Shown piece by piece: positions 1 to 13,823 of a stretch of 64,000 nucleotides of DNA (position 1 is the first letter of the stretch; each line of letters opens with the position of its first letter). A program made the position numbers and the translations under genes. Source of the DNA: Eledone cirrhosa (lineage: Eukaryota). The stretch spans positions 28,024,001-28,088,000 of the forward strand of contig OZ024743.1 in NCBI GenBank assembly GCA_964016885.1, read 5' to 3'. The notes under the pieces were generated by a model. It worked only from the letters and a program-made list of their open reading frames with translations. It ran no database searches and was not told the DNA's origin.

Positions 1-40
<40 letters not shown>
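1..40. repeat. (TAA)n microsatellite at the 3' end of the Tx1-like LINE
   Basis: Perfect TAA array directly abutting the LINE 3' end; AATAAA lies on the minus strand at ~47-52. Confidence 0.95.
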
Positions 41-41
<1 letters not shown>

Positions 42-285
42 TTTTCTTTATTAACCAAAAGGGTTTACATAAAGTAGATATTAAGGACAGTACAGGACAA
101 TACAGGATGGTACAAATGGGCATTTCTGCGTGTAAAAAAAAACAGAGGATGTAATAAAATAACAAAGAAAAATTCCCCAGTAGGGGGGAGACTTCCGAGG
201 GACATTTGTGGAGAAAGCCCATTAAAAGACCACAGTGGCCCTGACCACCAGGGCAAGTGCCCTCTCCCAGTTTTCCACCTTTAAT

Positions 286-3200
286 TTACAGACACATACT
301 CAGAGAAGGCCCATTCATTCGGGCCATACTTGTTTCTCTCACCCATCTTTCAACAAAATGCTGGGAAGAGAGCACTTCCCTCTCTACCCTGATTTTCCTT
401 TTCAGATGAAATTTGAAAAAGTTAATCAGGGCATCACCGAAGAGGTAAGTGCTCGTCTTCAGCCCTTTCAAACGTGTCCACCATACTATCTCTTTCGCCA
501 TGGCCACCAGACAGATAAAAACTGCCTGCCCTTCCCGGCTAAAGGAAGAGGGCGGGGCAATCCTCACGATGGACTCAGCTGATAGCTGGATCCGTCCTAC
601 ACGTGACAGCAGGTGTTCGACATAAACCCACAAGTCAGCAATGCTCGGACACTGGACGAGTGCGTGCAGGTCGGTTTCGTCGCCCTGCGCGCATCTCGGA
701 CATGCCCGGCTGACGGCACCTCCATGCCTGTAAAGTTTATCCCGAACTGGCAAATCACCCCGGTAGCACTGCCAGGCCAGGAATTTCTGGAAGTTGTCCA
801 TAGGCCCCGGCCCGAAAGTCCTTCCGAAGAGATTGGCTAGTTGATTTTCGTCGACGCCTAGAGTTTCTCCAAGTACGTCGTCGCTCTTCCCCTCCACTAA
901 TCCCCTATAGAACACCAAGGTGGAGTTTCCACCGATCACATTGCCCGATTGGTCGAGGGCTGTGAGCGCCTGAAAACATTCCAGTCTCCAAGCGCTCCCT
1001 CTCGGTCTTCGCTTGACCCAGGACTGCAGCTCCGTCAAGGAGACGAGCTGGGGAAAAACGTGTCTAGCAAACGGCGACCACACCTGATCACCGTCGAGGA
1101 AGAGGTGGAGATGTCGTAGCCTGAGCGCGTGTCTGCGCATCATCAGCCACGGCATGCCCAGCCCTCCACGTAGCGGGTGTTGACAGCAGATGGACCGCCT
1201 GACCATCGGAGCGCGTCCCTTCCACAAAAAGCGAAAGAGCAAACGTTCCAGCGCAGTCAGGTGGGGCTTAGGACAAGGTACGACGGTCAGGCGGTAGTAG
1301 ATGACGGACGCGATGTACGCGTTAGCCACCTCCGCTCGACCTTTCAGGGATAGCTTCCTCTCGGCCCATTTCTGGGTGAGAGAAGCCACCCTGCTCGTCA
1401 CCTCGTCCCAGTTTTTGTCCGTCTGGAGGTCCGGACCGAACCAGACCCCTAGCAATTTAACCGGTCCGTCCGTCCAGCGCCCGACGACGCTGTTGGACGG
1501 CATGGACCTGCCTCTCCAGGTGCCGAGCTGCAGGCCCACTGACTTTTCCTGGTTGATCATTGCTCCTGTCACCGCTTCGTATTGTCTTAGTGTAGTGCCG
1601 ATCGCCTCGATGTGTTTGGCGTTCAACACCACTACGGTGACATCGTCCGCATATGCTGACACGGATCTTCCGCATCCTAGTTCGCGCAGGACCCCCCTCA
1701 ACGTCTCCAGTTTGTGCAGTAATGGCTCGAGAATCAATACGTGCAAGAGGGAAGATAGGGGACATCCTTGGCGGACCGAGCGCATGATGTTGCACGGTTC
1801 CGAAAGGTGACCGTTCACTCTCACCACAGAGCAGATGTCGCTGTGCATGGCAGCGATCCAGCCTCTGAAGACGGGCCCAAAGCCAGCCGCCCTCAGGACT
1901 GCCGCTAGGTAACGATGGTCGACCCTATCGAAGGCTTTCGACTGATCTTAATTTATCAAAGATCCACCTGTGCCAGGTTCCCTAGCTACCCTCTCTACGA
2001 TGTATCGCATGAGGTGGAGGTTGTCGTGGATGGATCTGTCGGGAATGGCGCATGTCTGCGCCTCTCCCACCAGACCACCAACGACAAGCGCCAACCTCTT
2101 TGCTAGCACCTTGGCCAAAAATCTTGAACTCTGTGTTTAGCAGGGTTATGGGCCTAAAATTATCTATGTTATCCCACTTGTTCGGATCCTTTCTCAGCAG
2201 CGCCACCGCTCCTCGGCTCACAGAGCTGAGAATTCTCCCGTTCTGTTGCCAGTTGCAGTAGACGTCCGCAAAGAGGCCTCCGAACAAGTCTGGAATTTGT
2301 ACGTAAAGTTCATAGGGCAGACCATCCAAACCAGGCGATTTACCCCTTGTGCAGCCAGTCATTCCCTCCCGTACTTCAGCGGCTGTTATCGGCTTTTCGC
2401 AACACTCCGCCTCAGTGGCCGAGAGCCGCGGCAGTCCGTCGAGGTAGACACTAAAGTCCATCCCTCGATTAGGCCCGCCACTGCCCCCGAACAGTTGAGC
2501 GAAGTGTCGCTGAAAAGCTTCACACATTTGCCCGGGATCGAGTAGCATGCGTCCGTCGTGGTCCACCAAAGACCGGATCGTGGCTTTGTTGCCACGACGC
2601 GCCTCCGCCACTCGGGCCCATTGAACGGCTTTCGTCCTCTCGTGTCTGAGAGCACGCACCCTAGCTCTCACAACGCAGCCTTCGTGCTTTGCATTGAAGA
2701 ATTGGTGAAGGGCCAATTTCGCCGCAAGTACGTCGGTCGCGATGCCTTTGCAATGCAACTCGTCTAATTTTCTAACTAATTCTCCCTCTGCTCTATTTTT
2801 CTCTATTGCTAAAGCCTTACTAAACCTAATGGACTCTATTCTAATTGCTCTTTTCAGAGCAAACCACCACTTGTTGTTGACGATGGCCCCCGTCAACGCC
2901 CGCTTAACTAGTTCGCTAATCCGGTCTCTGTAGGCCTTGCGCGCTGGTAAGGACGCGTTTAGCTTCCAGTAGCCGGGTCCTCGTCTATGAAGCCTATCTA
3001 AGTCAAGCACACAGATCACGAATTTGTGGTCCGTGTCGCTGACTATCTTGAATTGTGGACAGCCTATGCTAGATCTATCTATTTCTCTACAAAATACTCT
3101 ATCTAGATATGATCTGGATGACCCTATGCGATTTGTCCAAGTCCACATAGGTACATTCGGGAAATCAAATCGGTACCTGTCAGACAGTTCAAAACGCCTG

Positions 3201-3644
3201 AGCAGGTTGGTGACACTCTTGCACCCTCCTCCCTTATTCACTAATCCCACACAATCCCAGCGTGCATCCAAGATCCCGTTCCAGTCGCCCACTAACACTA
3301 AAGAGCGGGACGTTCCAAGAAAGATCTCCAGACGCCGGAAGAAATCAGGCCGCCCTGCTCCTGTCGGGGCATAGACGGCCACTAACCTGAAAGCTTGCCC
3401 GTCTCCGCTGGTCACGTCCAACACCACCAACTTACCTTCTGGGTCCAGGAAGATGGCCCGTATGGCAAGATCCAAACCTCTCCGAAAAAGCACAGCAACT
3501 CCTCCCCCTGATCCCGGAGATTCTGGTCTCACTGATGGCCACTACATCTATGTTTAGTGACCTGAGGTCGTTGAGCAGGTGGCCCTGCTTCCATGACGAC
3601 CCCAAGCCACGCGCATTTATGCTGCCTATTCTGAGTGAGGTCAT
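286..3644 (-). pseudogene. Tx1/L1 ORF2: APE endonuclease + reverse transcriptase + C-terminal Cys/His domain, split by frameshifts
   Basis: MTSLRIGSINARGL..ISET, VAVYAP, LVGDWN, SYLDR, SDTDH (APE); KSPGLDGLP, FRPITLLN, VRQGCPLS, YADD, LLGV (RT); CPRC..ETDLHALVQC. Spread over ORFs 3432-3644, 1982-3532 and 286-1848. Confidence 0.92.
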
Positions 3645-3678
3645 GTTGAAAAGGAGTGGAAAAGATGGGAAAGACCAC

Positions 3679-5636
3679 TTACCTTACTTCTCGTAGAGGA
3701 AAGACGGTTTTTCCATCCTTTTCACTGCTTGTGGCCTCCTCAGGAAGGATGTCCTTATAAATCCTCCTGCAGAGTGCTTGTCGGAAGTCTCCGATGTCTT
3801 TGGGGAATTATTGTTTTAGTGTCATGTACGTTTTCTGTGTGATGCGAGTGATTTATATGTGTGGAGGTGGTGTGAATTTTGGGGTTGTTGTGTAGTCTTT
3901 TTCTGTGATGCTGGTGTTGTGTTGGATGTAGTGTAATAATTGATTGTTGTTCAAATTTAATGCTGTGTAGTGTGTATCGTTTTGGTTGTTTTGTTTTGTT
4001 TGCGTTTGTTGTGGGTTTGTTTCTGTTTCGCATTTTGGTGACTTTTGTGGTGTAGGTGATGGTGGTGTCGGGGTTAATGATGGTGATGGTGTTGGTGTTT
4101 GGGGTGATGGGGTTGGTGATGCTGGTGTGGATGGTGGCATATCTGTCCTAACTTTTTCGTTTGTTAATTTATTTGTTTCCCTCTGTATTTTGTTTTTGGA
4201 GGGGGAAGGAAGAGAATTTTTTCTTTTTTGGTTTCTTTTTTTTTTTACTGATACCGTTTCCCATTCCTCGTCGGCACAATCTGTCTCCAGTTGTGATAGG
4301 CCGGGGAGTGGAAAATCCTCCACAGGCGTTAGTTTTGGTTGTGGCGTGGTGGATGGTGTAGGCGCTGGTTATAATTCTGAAGCGTTGTGTGGTGGTGGTG
4401 TTGGTTTTGCTACTGTTGCTGTTATAGTTGCTTCTGTTGTTGCTGCTACAGTTGTTGCTGCCATCTCTGCTACTGGTGGTGTTGATGGTTGAGTCACTGG
4501 GGTGGGTAGGAGAGGTGGCCTCAACCTTTTAGCCTGAGGGCAGAAAGCCCTTAGGTGGGTTCCTTCACCACAAACGACACACCTAGGCCTTCTGCCCTCG
4601 ACAATTACGGTGAGGTGGCTGCCGTCAGTGAGGTATATTACCTCTGGGATCTCCTCAATGCTTTTTTGGTCCGCTTGGATCAGGAGCTCCATCCCAGATC
4701 CGGACCAGTTCTCCTGCTTTTCTTTTGCTATTGCTATTATCTTTGTGTTGGCTTCGATGCCGGCGAGGACGGCCGCTATTAGCCAGGGAATTTCGATGGC
4801 CGGTGGAACGTGGGTCACCCTGATCTTTACGAGTCTCTGACCACAATAGCTTGGGACGAGTGTGAAGTCGTCACTTCTTAATGGGGCCATGGAGTGTTCT
4901 CTAGCCTCCTCTGGTGTTTCAAAGAACACGTCCACGGTTCCATACTTCTGCCCACGTCTGATGTGGGTTTTTCTTGCCCGCACATGACCCAAAGCTTTTT
5001 GCATTTGGGACTCGGATGCCCGTTCCACTCGGCGTGATTTTACATTAATTGTTCGATACGACACGGTGCATAGGCGCCGATGCTCCATTTTATTAGGTGG
5101 GGGGTGAGGCTGACCCTGTACCCATCTTTCTTTACCATATTTTTGGCATTTTCTAATTCCTCCTGAGTTACCGTAAATGCTTCGCACTGTTTTGCTACTC
5201 TGGCAAAACTCAGGGTGGTTTTTTTAATGTCATTGTTGCTGTTGTTGTTATCGTTATTTTTGTTATTATTAATTTTAGTTTCAGTTGTGGTGGTGGTGAC
5301 GTCAGTGGTGTTCGGTGTGGAAGTGGAAGAGTCCATTATGGTTGAAATTATTTCGACATCACGAGTTGATTTATTTTTTCCTTTTGTTTCTGTTGTCGCG
5401 GTGGTGGTGGGGGTGGTGGTTGTCGCGGTGGTGGTGGTGGTGGAAGCTTTAACACCTGCAGTCATGGGTAATGGCGGGAAATTAATGTCTGCCTGAGACA
5501 AATTTAAAATATTGCTACTGCTTATATTTTTTTTAGTGTTGGCAAACGTAGTAACATTTACAATGGTGGTGTCGGTGTGAGGTGTTAATTTGTGAGGAAG
5601 GCTTTCAGCTGCTTGGTGCAGAGCTGAATTAGCCAT
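3679..5636 (-). pseudogene. Tx1/L1 ORF1 (gag-like nucleic acid binding protein), frameshifted
   Basis: Starts MANSALHQ; Thr/Asn-rich linker and SFARVA motif; CVVCGEGTHLRAFC zinc knuckle; Pro/Thr-rich tail. My translation ends ...KTVFPLREVR* at 3679, about 35 nt before the ORF2 ATG. Confidence 0.8.
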
Positions 5637-5863
5637 TTTTTTTCAAAGAAATCTTTTGATAATCATAAAAGTTTAAATTTTGGGCACAAGGCCCCAATCT
5701 TTTTGGGTGTCCTTTTCGGAAAACAATATATGTGCGCTTATATATAGTTAACAATAAAAATTTTCCATAAATGACAATTTTTAACAAACCGAAATAATAA
5801 ACCTTTGCGGAGCTCACGATGATACGATTTACTACGTAGGTCACCAATAATAATAATAATAAT

Positions 5864-7495
5864 AGAGAGGTATCTTCCAGGGAGATAGTCTGTCCCCTCT
5901 GTTGTTTGTCCTTGCCCTGATGCCCCCGACCATTATACTGCGAAAAGTGAGAGCAGGATACAAGTTGGGAAAGGGAGAGCTTACCGTCAGTCACCTCCTC
6001 TTCATGGACGATCTTAAGCTCTTCGGGAAGAGTGAGAAGGAGTTGGATGTACTTGTTGACACTGTCCGTATTTTCAGCAATGATATATGTATGGAATTTG
6101 GTATTAGTAAGTGTGGAGTCCTTCTGATGAAGAGGGGTAAATTGAGCAGAAGCAACGGAATGAAGGTACCAACAGGTGAGATGATAAAGGAAATTGACAC
6201 TGAAGAAGGATACAAGTATTTGGGTGTTCTGGAGGCTGATGACATCAAGAACAAAAAAATGAAGGAATTGATAAGAACTGAATACATTCGGAGAGTAAGG
6301 AGCGTATTAAAGTCACATCTGAACAGTAGAAATGCCATAAGTGCAGTAAATTCCCGAGCTGTGTCTATTATTAGGTACAGTGCGGGAACTCTGAGATGGA
6401 ATGTTGCTGAACAAAAAGAAATGGATAGGAAGACTAGGAAGCTATTGACTATCTACAACATGTTCCACAAGAGGAGTGATGTCGATAGATTCTACTTAAG
6501 GATATCTGAAGGTGGAAGAGGTCTTATAAGCATAGAGGACTGTGTTCAGATGGAGAAAAACAACCTACACAAATACGTGACTGATAATAAGGAGCCAATG
6601 CTCAGAACTGTACTGAAGGAGAGGACAATAGACCAGGGGATGTCCAAGGAGGAAATAACAACAAGGAGAAAGAGCAGCCTTCAGGAAAAATCCCTTCATA
6701 GTACCTTCTTTGAGAAAACTGAATTCAGAGATCCACAGACATGGAACTGGTTGAAAAGAGGAGACCTTAAAAAGGCTACAGAAGGAATGTTAATGGCTGC
6801 GCAAAGCAGGCCCTCAAAACGAAGTGGTTGAAACACCATATTTACAAGGAGGAGGCTAGCCCACTGTGCAGGATCTGTGGAGAGAGAGAGGAGACTGTGG
6901 ATCACATTGTATCCGAATGTAAACACCTAGCCCAGAGTCACTATAAGGGCTGGAGACATGATATGATGGGCAGGGTGATCCACTGGCACCTATGCAAAGT
7001 AAACAATTTACCACATTCTGAGAAGTGGTATGAGCATAAGCCAGAGTCGGTGATAGAAAACGATCAAGTGAAAATGCTGTGTGATTTTAGGATACCGACG
7101 GACAAGAAACTGGTGGTTTTGGACAAAGAAAAAAGATCGTGCCTGATTGTGGATGTGGCCTGCCCATTCGACACGAGAGTGCAAGAGATGGAGATGGAGA
7201 AAATTAACCGATACCAGGAATTAAAGTGGGAGGTAAAAAGGGTTTGGAACTGCCATGAAGTCAAAGTGATCCCGATTGTCATAGGCGCACTAGGGACTAT
7301 CTGAAAAGGTTTCCAGGGATGGTTAAAGAAAATTGGCCCCTTCACGCTTTTTGGAACGCTTCAAAAGGCATGCTTGCTGGGAACAGCAAGAACCCTCCGA
7401 TACGTCTTGAATATCTGAGGCTGCAGGTATTGGCTTGATATTCATTTCAACAAACTTTCCAGTTAACTAACATCAATGACTGAGACTCAAAGAAC
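5864..7495 (+). mobile_element. 5'-truncated R4/Dong-like RLE non-LTR retrotransposon
   Basis: RGIFQGDSLSPLLF, SHLLFMDDLKLF, YKYLG (RT); CRICGEREETVDHIVSEC knuckle; IVDVACPFD..IPIVIGALG..LQKACLLGTAR (RLE), ending TGA at ~7418. Flanked by (TAA)n at 5846-5863 and 7496-7516. Confidence 0.9.
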
Positions 7496-7617
7496 AATAA
7501 TAATAATAGTAATAATGTATATATAGATAGATAGATAAATAGATAGGATAGATACGTATCTACATACAAACATACAAATACATATATATATATATAAATA
7601 TACATGTATGTCTAATG

Positions 7618-7676
7618 TATTACTCTTTTACCTGTTTCAGCCATCCGGCTGAGGCCATGCTGGGGCACCGCCCTTG
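7618..7676 (-). mobile_element. Short fragment resembling an octopus SINE-type repeat
   Basis: TACCTGTTTCAGCCATCCGGCTGAGGCCATGCTGGGGCACCGCC resembles an abundant octopus interspersed repeat (recalled, not searched). Confidence 0.5.
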
Positions 7677-7697
7677 GGGTATATATATATATTTATA

Positions 7698-7735
<38 letters not shown>

Positions 7736-7861
7736 TATACATATATACATATATATACACACACATATATATATACGTATATATATATATATGTGTGTGT
7801 GTATATATATATGTATATATGTATATATATGTATATATATATAAATGTATATATATATATA

Positions 7862-7982
7862 TAGGAACGAGTAGGACCCCGACGGCTGAGCTCAAGCCGT
7901 TCCTATTACCCACTCTACTACCCCAAGCATTGAGTACTTTGGTGCGTTATGGTCCACCTGGTTCCTTACCACATTTCCTCCG

Positions 7983-7984
<2 letters not shown>
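7862..7984. mobile_element. PLE pseudo-LTR (pLTR) mini-insertion, family C, in (TA)n
   Basis: The same ends recur at 22577-23112, 33356-33392, 34446-34572, 44904-45055 and 49950-50003, always abutting TA tracts. Confidence 0.7.
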
Positions 7985-8043
<59 letters not shown>

Positions 8044-8454
8044 CATATATATATACACACACACATATATATATATACGTATATACATACATATATACAT
8101 ATATATACATACATATATATATGTATATATATATGTATATACGTGTGTGTGTGTATGTATATATATGAATATACACGCATACATATATATATACATGCAT
8201 ACATACACACACAGACACACATATATATATTGCCTTTGCCACTATAAGCTTGTCTTTATTGACTTATATCGAGACAGACAAATTGTATTCACTTTAATTA
8301 GTTTATTTCATTAATAGCTAACTTTTTCTGTTACAATGCAAACACGTTTTGTGTTTATCATATATTTTAATGTATCTAACTGCTCGGAAATGCCCCCTTT
8401 CTTGGAGCCGGATTATTGTAAACGACTGAGAGTTTATTCTCAAAATATAATATA

Positions 8455-8501
<47 letters not shown>

Positions 8502-8502
<1 letters not shown>

Positions 8503-11500
8503 TAGCTAAATTACTTGTCCTTTGGACGGTTCAAGTAGCTTTCGATGTAGCTCATTAAACTAAACGAAGTAAATTTGAATACATAGAAGAAAAACGTACT
8601 TTATGCAAACATGAAAACCTTTGGCACTATTCTAGCGAAATAATTAATATGTGAGCTCGGTGTCATCCGTTATACACCAGAAAAACCAGTCTAGGTATAC
8701 ATTTTTTTGACAACAGTAAAAGCGCATCATGAAATAGAGAAATGAATAATAGACACTATTATGTACATAGGTTGGAATAACAATACAGATTGGACATAAC
8801 AGAGGGGAACTGATGGATGAGCACATCGTTATAAAAAGAGGTGGGTATTGGGTGGGAGCACTCATTGTCTTTTGGATTATTGAAGAGCAGATTTATACAC
8901 AACATTTTCGGGTTTCCCGTCAGGAGCATAAATAAATTGGTTGTCAGGATTACCTACTCGAGAACAGCCAACGTAAAACTGACCATGTGAAAAGCAATGG
9001 CTTCGAAGATCCAGAGCAATAACTTTAAGAGATTGGCCTTGAGATTTGTTTATGGTCATTGCAAAACTAAGCTTGAGTTGGAATTGCAACCTTTTCATGG
9101 GAAATGGACAATCAGAAGGGTTAAAAGGAATTTTGGGAATAAAAACAGATTCATTTCGCCCGGGTCCTGTGATTATTTCTACCTCAATTACAAGGTTCAT
9201 CAGTTGCTTTACCACCAGTCTTGTTCCATTACAAAGAAAGGGGGGTAAATTACGTAGCAGGATAGCAGGAGCTCTAACTTTTAGATACAACTCGTGAAGA
9301 GGTAGTCCTGGAGGATCCTGAGAGTTAAGAAACTCTGTTGGGAAGTTGGGCACTTGATCAAAGTCTGTAACAGTGTCAACTGACTTGTAACAGCGTTGAA
9401 TAGCGTGCAACTGACCAACTATTTCGTGATTGATCATCTTAACAGCAGCATTTGTGGGTGCAAGAATAGCCCTCACACAAAGCCAATCAGGATTCATGAA
9501 TTCAGTTGAAAAATTTGGATAAACTGAAGAACATAAGTCATCGGGCGTTGAGACTGAGTGGCCAATGCTAGAAGTGTCAATGTATCCATTGTCGTCGGAC
9601 TCAAGTTGACCATCACCGATTTGGAGGAATTGAGTGGAAAATGGCGTAGACGGACGACCAGTTTGTAATAGCGATTGCATATTAATTGTTAGTTTTTGTA
9701 CCTCAACAAACTGCCAAAAAAGAGGACTTTTTAAGCAGGCGTCCACTTCATCAGCAGGTGATCCCTTTGGCACCACGGGAAGTGTCTGTCTGAAGTCACC
9801 TGCGAGACGAAGAATGGCTCCTCCAAATATATTGTCATTAGATCTAAGATCTTTCATTGTGGCACCTAGTGCCTGAAGAGAGCCTTTATGGGACATGTTT
9901 GCCTCATCCCACACAATTAGTTTACAGCATTTCCACAGAGCAGCTTCGTCAGAACTATGTGAGATATTGCAGATGGGATTCTCTTCAGTGGCAGCTTGAA
10001 GGTCGAGTGTGCTGTGCGCCCACCTTCTGAAAGAGTCGCAGCTATACCGGAAGAGGCAACAGCAAGTGCAATGTCGCCATTCTGCCTTACCTTAGCAAGA
10101 GTAAGATTAAGCAGAAATGTTTTACCGGTCCCTCCAGGTGCATCTATGAAGATAATCCCGCCAGTAGTGCTGTATACCTTGCTTAGAACGGATTTGTATG
10201 CAGATTCTTGATCTGGATTAAGGAGAGGCTACGTATTGTCGAAGCTTGGTTTTGTCGGAGCTGGTTTCTCTAAGGAGGAGTCGATTAAAAGTTTGCTCTT
10301 GGTTTCTATCAGGAGAATGGAGGCAGTATGCCTCCAAACATTGGCCTCCAATTGCCACAACTAAGTCCTCCAAGATAATTAGACCAGCATTATACATAGA
10401 GGGGGTAAAAGCAGTGGTGGAATTTTCGGTAGCTTGATAGGTTTGAAGCCATATATCGTGGCACATGTGGTCCCTGTATTTATTCCACAACAAAGGCGAG
10501 TTAACACAGTTGCAGAAAACCAGCATAATGGAAAATAGATGCCGAAGCTTTGACGGAGATCGACGGAGAGACGCTTCCTCAAGTGTACTCTCATAATGGT
10601 TTTCCGTATCGATGAGTCTCCGTTTAAAGCAGGCATCCTTGAATGCCTTGCATAATTGACCGTCCACTGTGCGAAGGGTTGCAAAGGATGTTGGTCCACG
10701 TACCACGTGAAGCAGCAGTCGAAGATGGAAGCATTGGAAGTTCAAAGGATGAACAGTATAGACGCGTCCTATTGTGTCACTTTAAAAAATGGCAGGATCT
10801 GAATCAATATGTCGGCCCTGTTTTCTTCTTTGCCATAAATAAGTTGAGTGGTTCCAAGAATAATAATGAGGAACATCAACACACAGAAGAGTTTTTGCGT
10901 ATGAGTCAACCGTACAGAGTTCGAAAAATGCAGTCAAAGTTGTCCTACGTTGGGCAAGAACCTGTTGACGTAAGTTTTCTTCAGTGAAGTAAACTCTCTG
11001 CTTGTCCTCTAAGTGAACACCGAGATGTTGAGCAGGGGGGAATCGCTCGTGTATAGGGAAACCAAACGTTCTCCAAACGGCCTCATTGGTTCAGATATAA
11101 CGCCCTATTAGAAACAGTTCTACCTCATCTGTTTGTGCAGCTGCTGTTCCTGTTTGTGTCACTTGAAAGACGGCTCTATCGGATCCCTTATTGACGTATT
11201 CGCAAACGTAATGTATAGATTTAACTTAGTTACAATATTCAACGTTAATATGCTCATTAAATGTCTTGCAGAGCATCTTGTTATGTGGAACAACCCATTG
11301 ATTGTCAATTGTAAATTCTCGGTTAGATACATGTTTGATTGTTGCTGTGAAACCGCCATGTCCAGTAGCTCTTCTGCGATATAATGGGTAACCGTCGTTA
11401 CCTGTGATCGTCTCAGCCAAAAGCTTTAGTGGATATTTATTAGTGCATTTTCCGTTTGCCATGCATGAAGACGTAGAAATAAAGTGCCGACATGGCCCAT

Positions 11501-12872
11501 GAACCATATTTTTTCGAATGATTTCGTACAACTGGGGGTCTTCATTGGGATTTAGAAATTCTGCACTTATGACTGTGTCCACGTCAGAAGGTCGAAGTTT
11601 GCTTTGTAGCCAGAGTAAGATGTGGGCGTGAGGTAGACCACGTATTTGCCATTCAACAGTATACATAAAACATTTGATCGGCCCGAAAATTTCACCACAT
11701 TTAAACAAATCAATCATTTTACGAATTTTAAGATGAAAAACGCGAGCAGTGATGTTTCAGAAGCTATCGCAGTAGTCCGATAAGCACAATCGGAAGCCTG
11801 GCGACGTATGCGTTGTTCAGGTGTCTCCGCAGCTCCTGAGGCAGCAGTCGCGGCAGCATTGCGTTTTTCTTCGAGTTGCACGCTGTTCAGGTGTCTCCGC
11901 AGCTCTTGAGGCAGCAGTCGCGGCAGCATTCAGCGCTAACCGAATAGTACGTTCCTCTGTAGACTTATTTGATCGTGAAGCAGCAGTGGTTTGTGCAGTT
12001 TTTGCCATACGGGCCGCAAGTTTTTCTACTGAGTATCGATGCGATGAATGCGAAGTATTGAGTCTTGCGTTGTAGGCAGCTAATGTCGATAACCTAGTTG
12101 TCCTCTGCTCCTCAGTTTCAATAGCTCGACGTTGCTTTTCCTTAACCACACCAGTCGACAATCTGCTGAGGCAACTTCTTTTTTTTCCACGAGGCATCGA
12201 AACAAAATGTGTAAAGTAGACACGATATAACACCATCGAATGTAAAAATAAAGATTAATTGTAAAATGTATTTGAAGTACATGTAGCGGTAGAACGTTCG
12301 AAATGTACAGGGTATGTAAGTTAATAACTAAATTATGTGTCAGAAACGTAGTCTAATCAATACGAAAAAATAGAATAATTCTAAGTCTTTGATGTATAAA
12401 CCATCCTTTAGATAAATTTAAGCATAATATTGTAAAAGTTATGACATCACTTAATGTATGAACATCAAGCTTGAAACGATAAATTATACAATGTCAAATC
12501 TATAACTTAACTTAGTAATCTGTTAGAAATTGCTGGTTGTGAAATATACAAAATGATATTGTTAGTCTCTTTGTTTCAAGTACAAAGAGTAAGTTAAAAT
12601 CCGAATGAGCCGAATTACGAAAGATAACTCTTGTCTTACTTAATCACTAAAATTCACACAAATAACCGAAAGTTTTTTAATGTCTCCAAAGGCCCCAATA
12701 TCGATTTTTGAAAGCCTTTGTAGATCATGTACAGGTTTTGTGCAAGGAGAAGCTCTATAAAAAATTTCAAAGAAATCGCATGAATGGTTTAGAATATATG
12801 AGCCCTCATTAAAAATTGTCCACACACACATACACATACATACAGAAAACTACAGATTTATATATATACAGA
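8502..12872 (-). mobile_element. Helitron, internally deleted, inserted in (TA)n
   Basis: 5' TC start (TCTGTATATATATAAA) at ~12872; 3' degenerate hairpin (CCGTCCAAAGGACAAG) followed by CTAG at 8502-8505; A|T target; RepHel coding remnants inside. Confidence 0.9.
8877..12197 (-). pseudogene. Helitron Rep/Pif1-type helicase (RepHel), disrupted
   Basis: N-terminal ETPEQR repeats; YTVEWQIRGLPHAHILLWL (HUH) and YPLYRRR; APGGTGKT at ~10120-10145; WDEA, GDFRQTLPV, CNGTRL, FAMTINKSQGQS, FSHGQFYVGCSRV. Confidence 0.92.
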
Positions 12873-13578
12873 TACAGATATATATATATCTACAAGCACA
12901 CTTTGCATATTATCATGGTTGAAAATGAGGTCAGTCTCCGATCTGGTACATAATATCAGTAAGGTGGGCAACGCCTTTCCATATATTTATAATTGAGTAT
13001 CGAACAAGCTTTAAATCAGCTTTAGGGATTCAATTAATATACCAATACCCTACCACCCGATCTAATTACATCCCACAATTTCCAATGATTGCTAACATAA
13101 CATCAACAAGGTGATGCAGTTAGCTTACAAAAGATATTTTATTGCCGCATTCTGTTTTATCCCGTTACTTTGATAGAATTCAAAATCTGCTATGTTAACG
13201 TTGATTCAGCTGATTTTCTATAAAGTAATTATTAACAATAGATGAGATTTTATTCAAACAATTTTGCATTTATTCTAAAGAAACTTTGTTTCTATTTAAG
13301 ATATGGCTTTAGGACGTTAAATAAAATTCCTTTATTTCAAACAACATTCAGCCTAATGTAACAAAATTGCTCAAAGCATGAGCTGTTAATGAGAATGTCA
13401 CTAAGATGGTCTGACCAAGTAATAAACAATGTGACATATAATAGTTTCTTTTATACACACACACACATATATATATACTCCCACACACACATTCAGGCAA
13501 ACACACACACACACATATATGTATAAGCGATGTAATACCAATGGAAGTTGGAAGATCACTGATGAAGGACTAATTTTA

Positions 13579-13726
<148 letters not shown>

Positions 13727-13731
13727 CATAT

Positions 13732-13784
<53 letters not shown>

Positions 13785-13789
13785 CATAT

Positions 13790-13823
<34 letters not shown>

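Larger units (their letters stand above)
41..5845 (-). mobile_element. Full-length L1/Tx1-clade non-LTR retrotransposon (5'UTR, ORF1, ORF2, 3'UTR), frameshifted
   Basis: ORF1 with CCHC knuckle; ORF2 with APE, RT and zf-RVT-like regions; ends AATAAAGAAAAC then (ATT)n; the 5' end GGTGACCTACG also abuts (ATT)n. Confidence 0.9.

Noticed and set aside
235-5496. Plus-strand ORFs overlapping the Tx1 element
   Set aside because: Antisense shadows of GC-rich or low-complexity LINE coding sequence, with no motifs.
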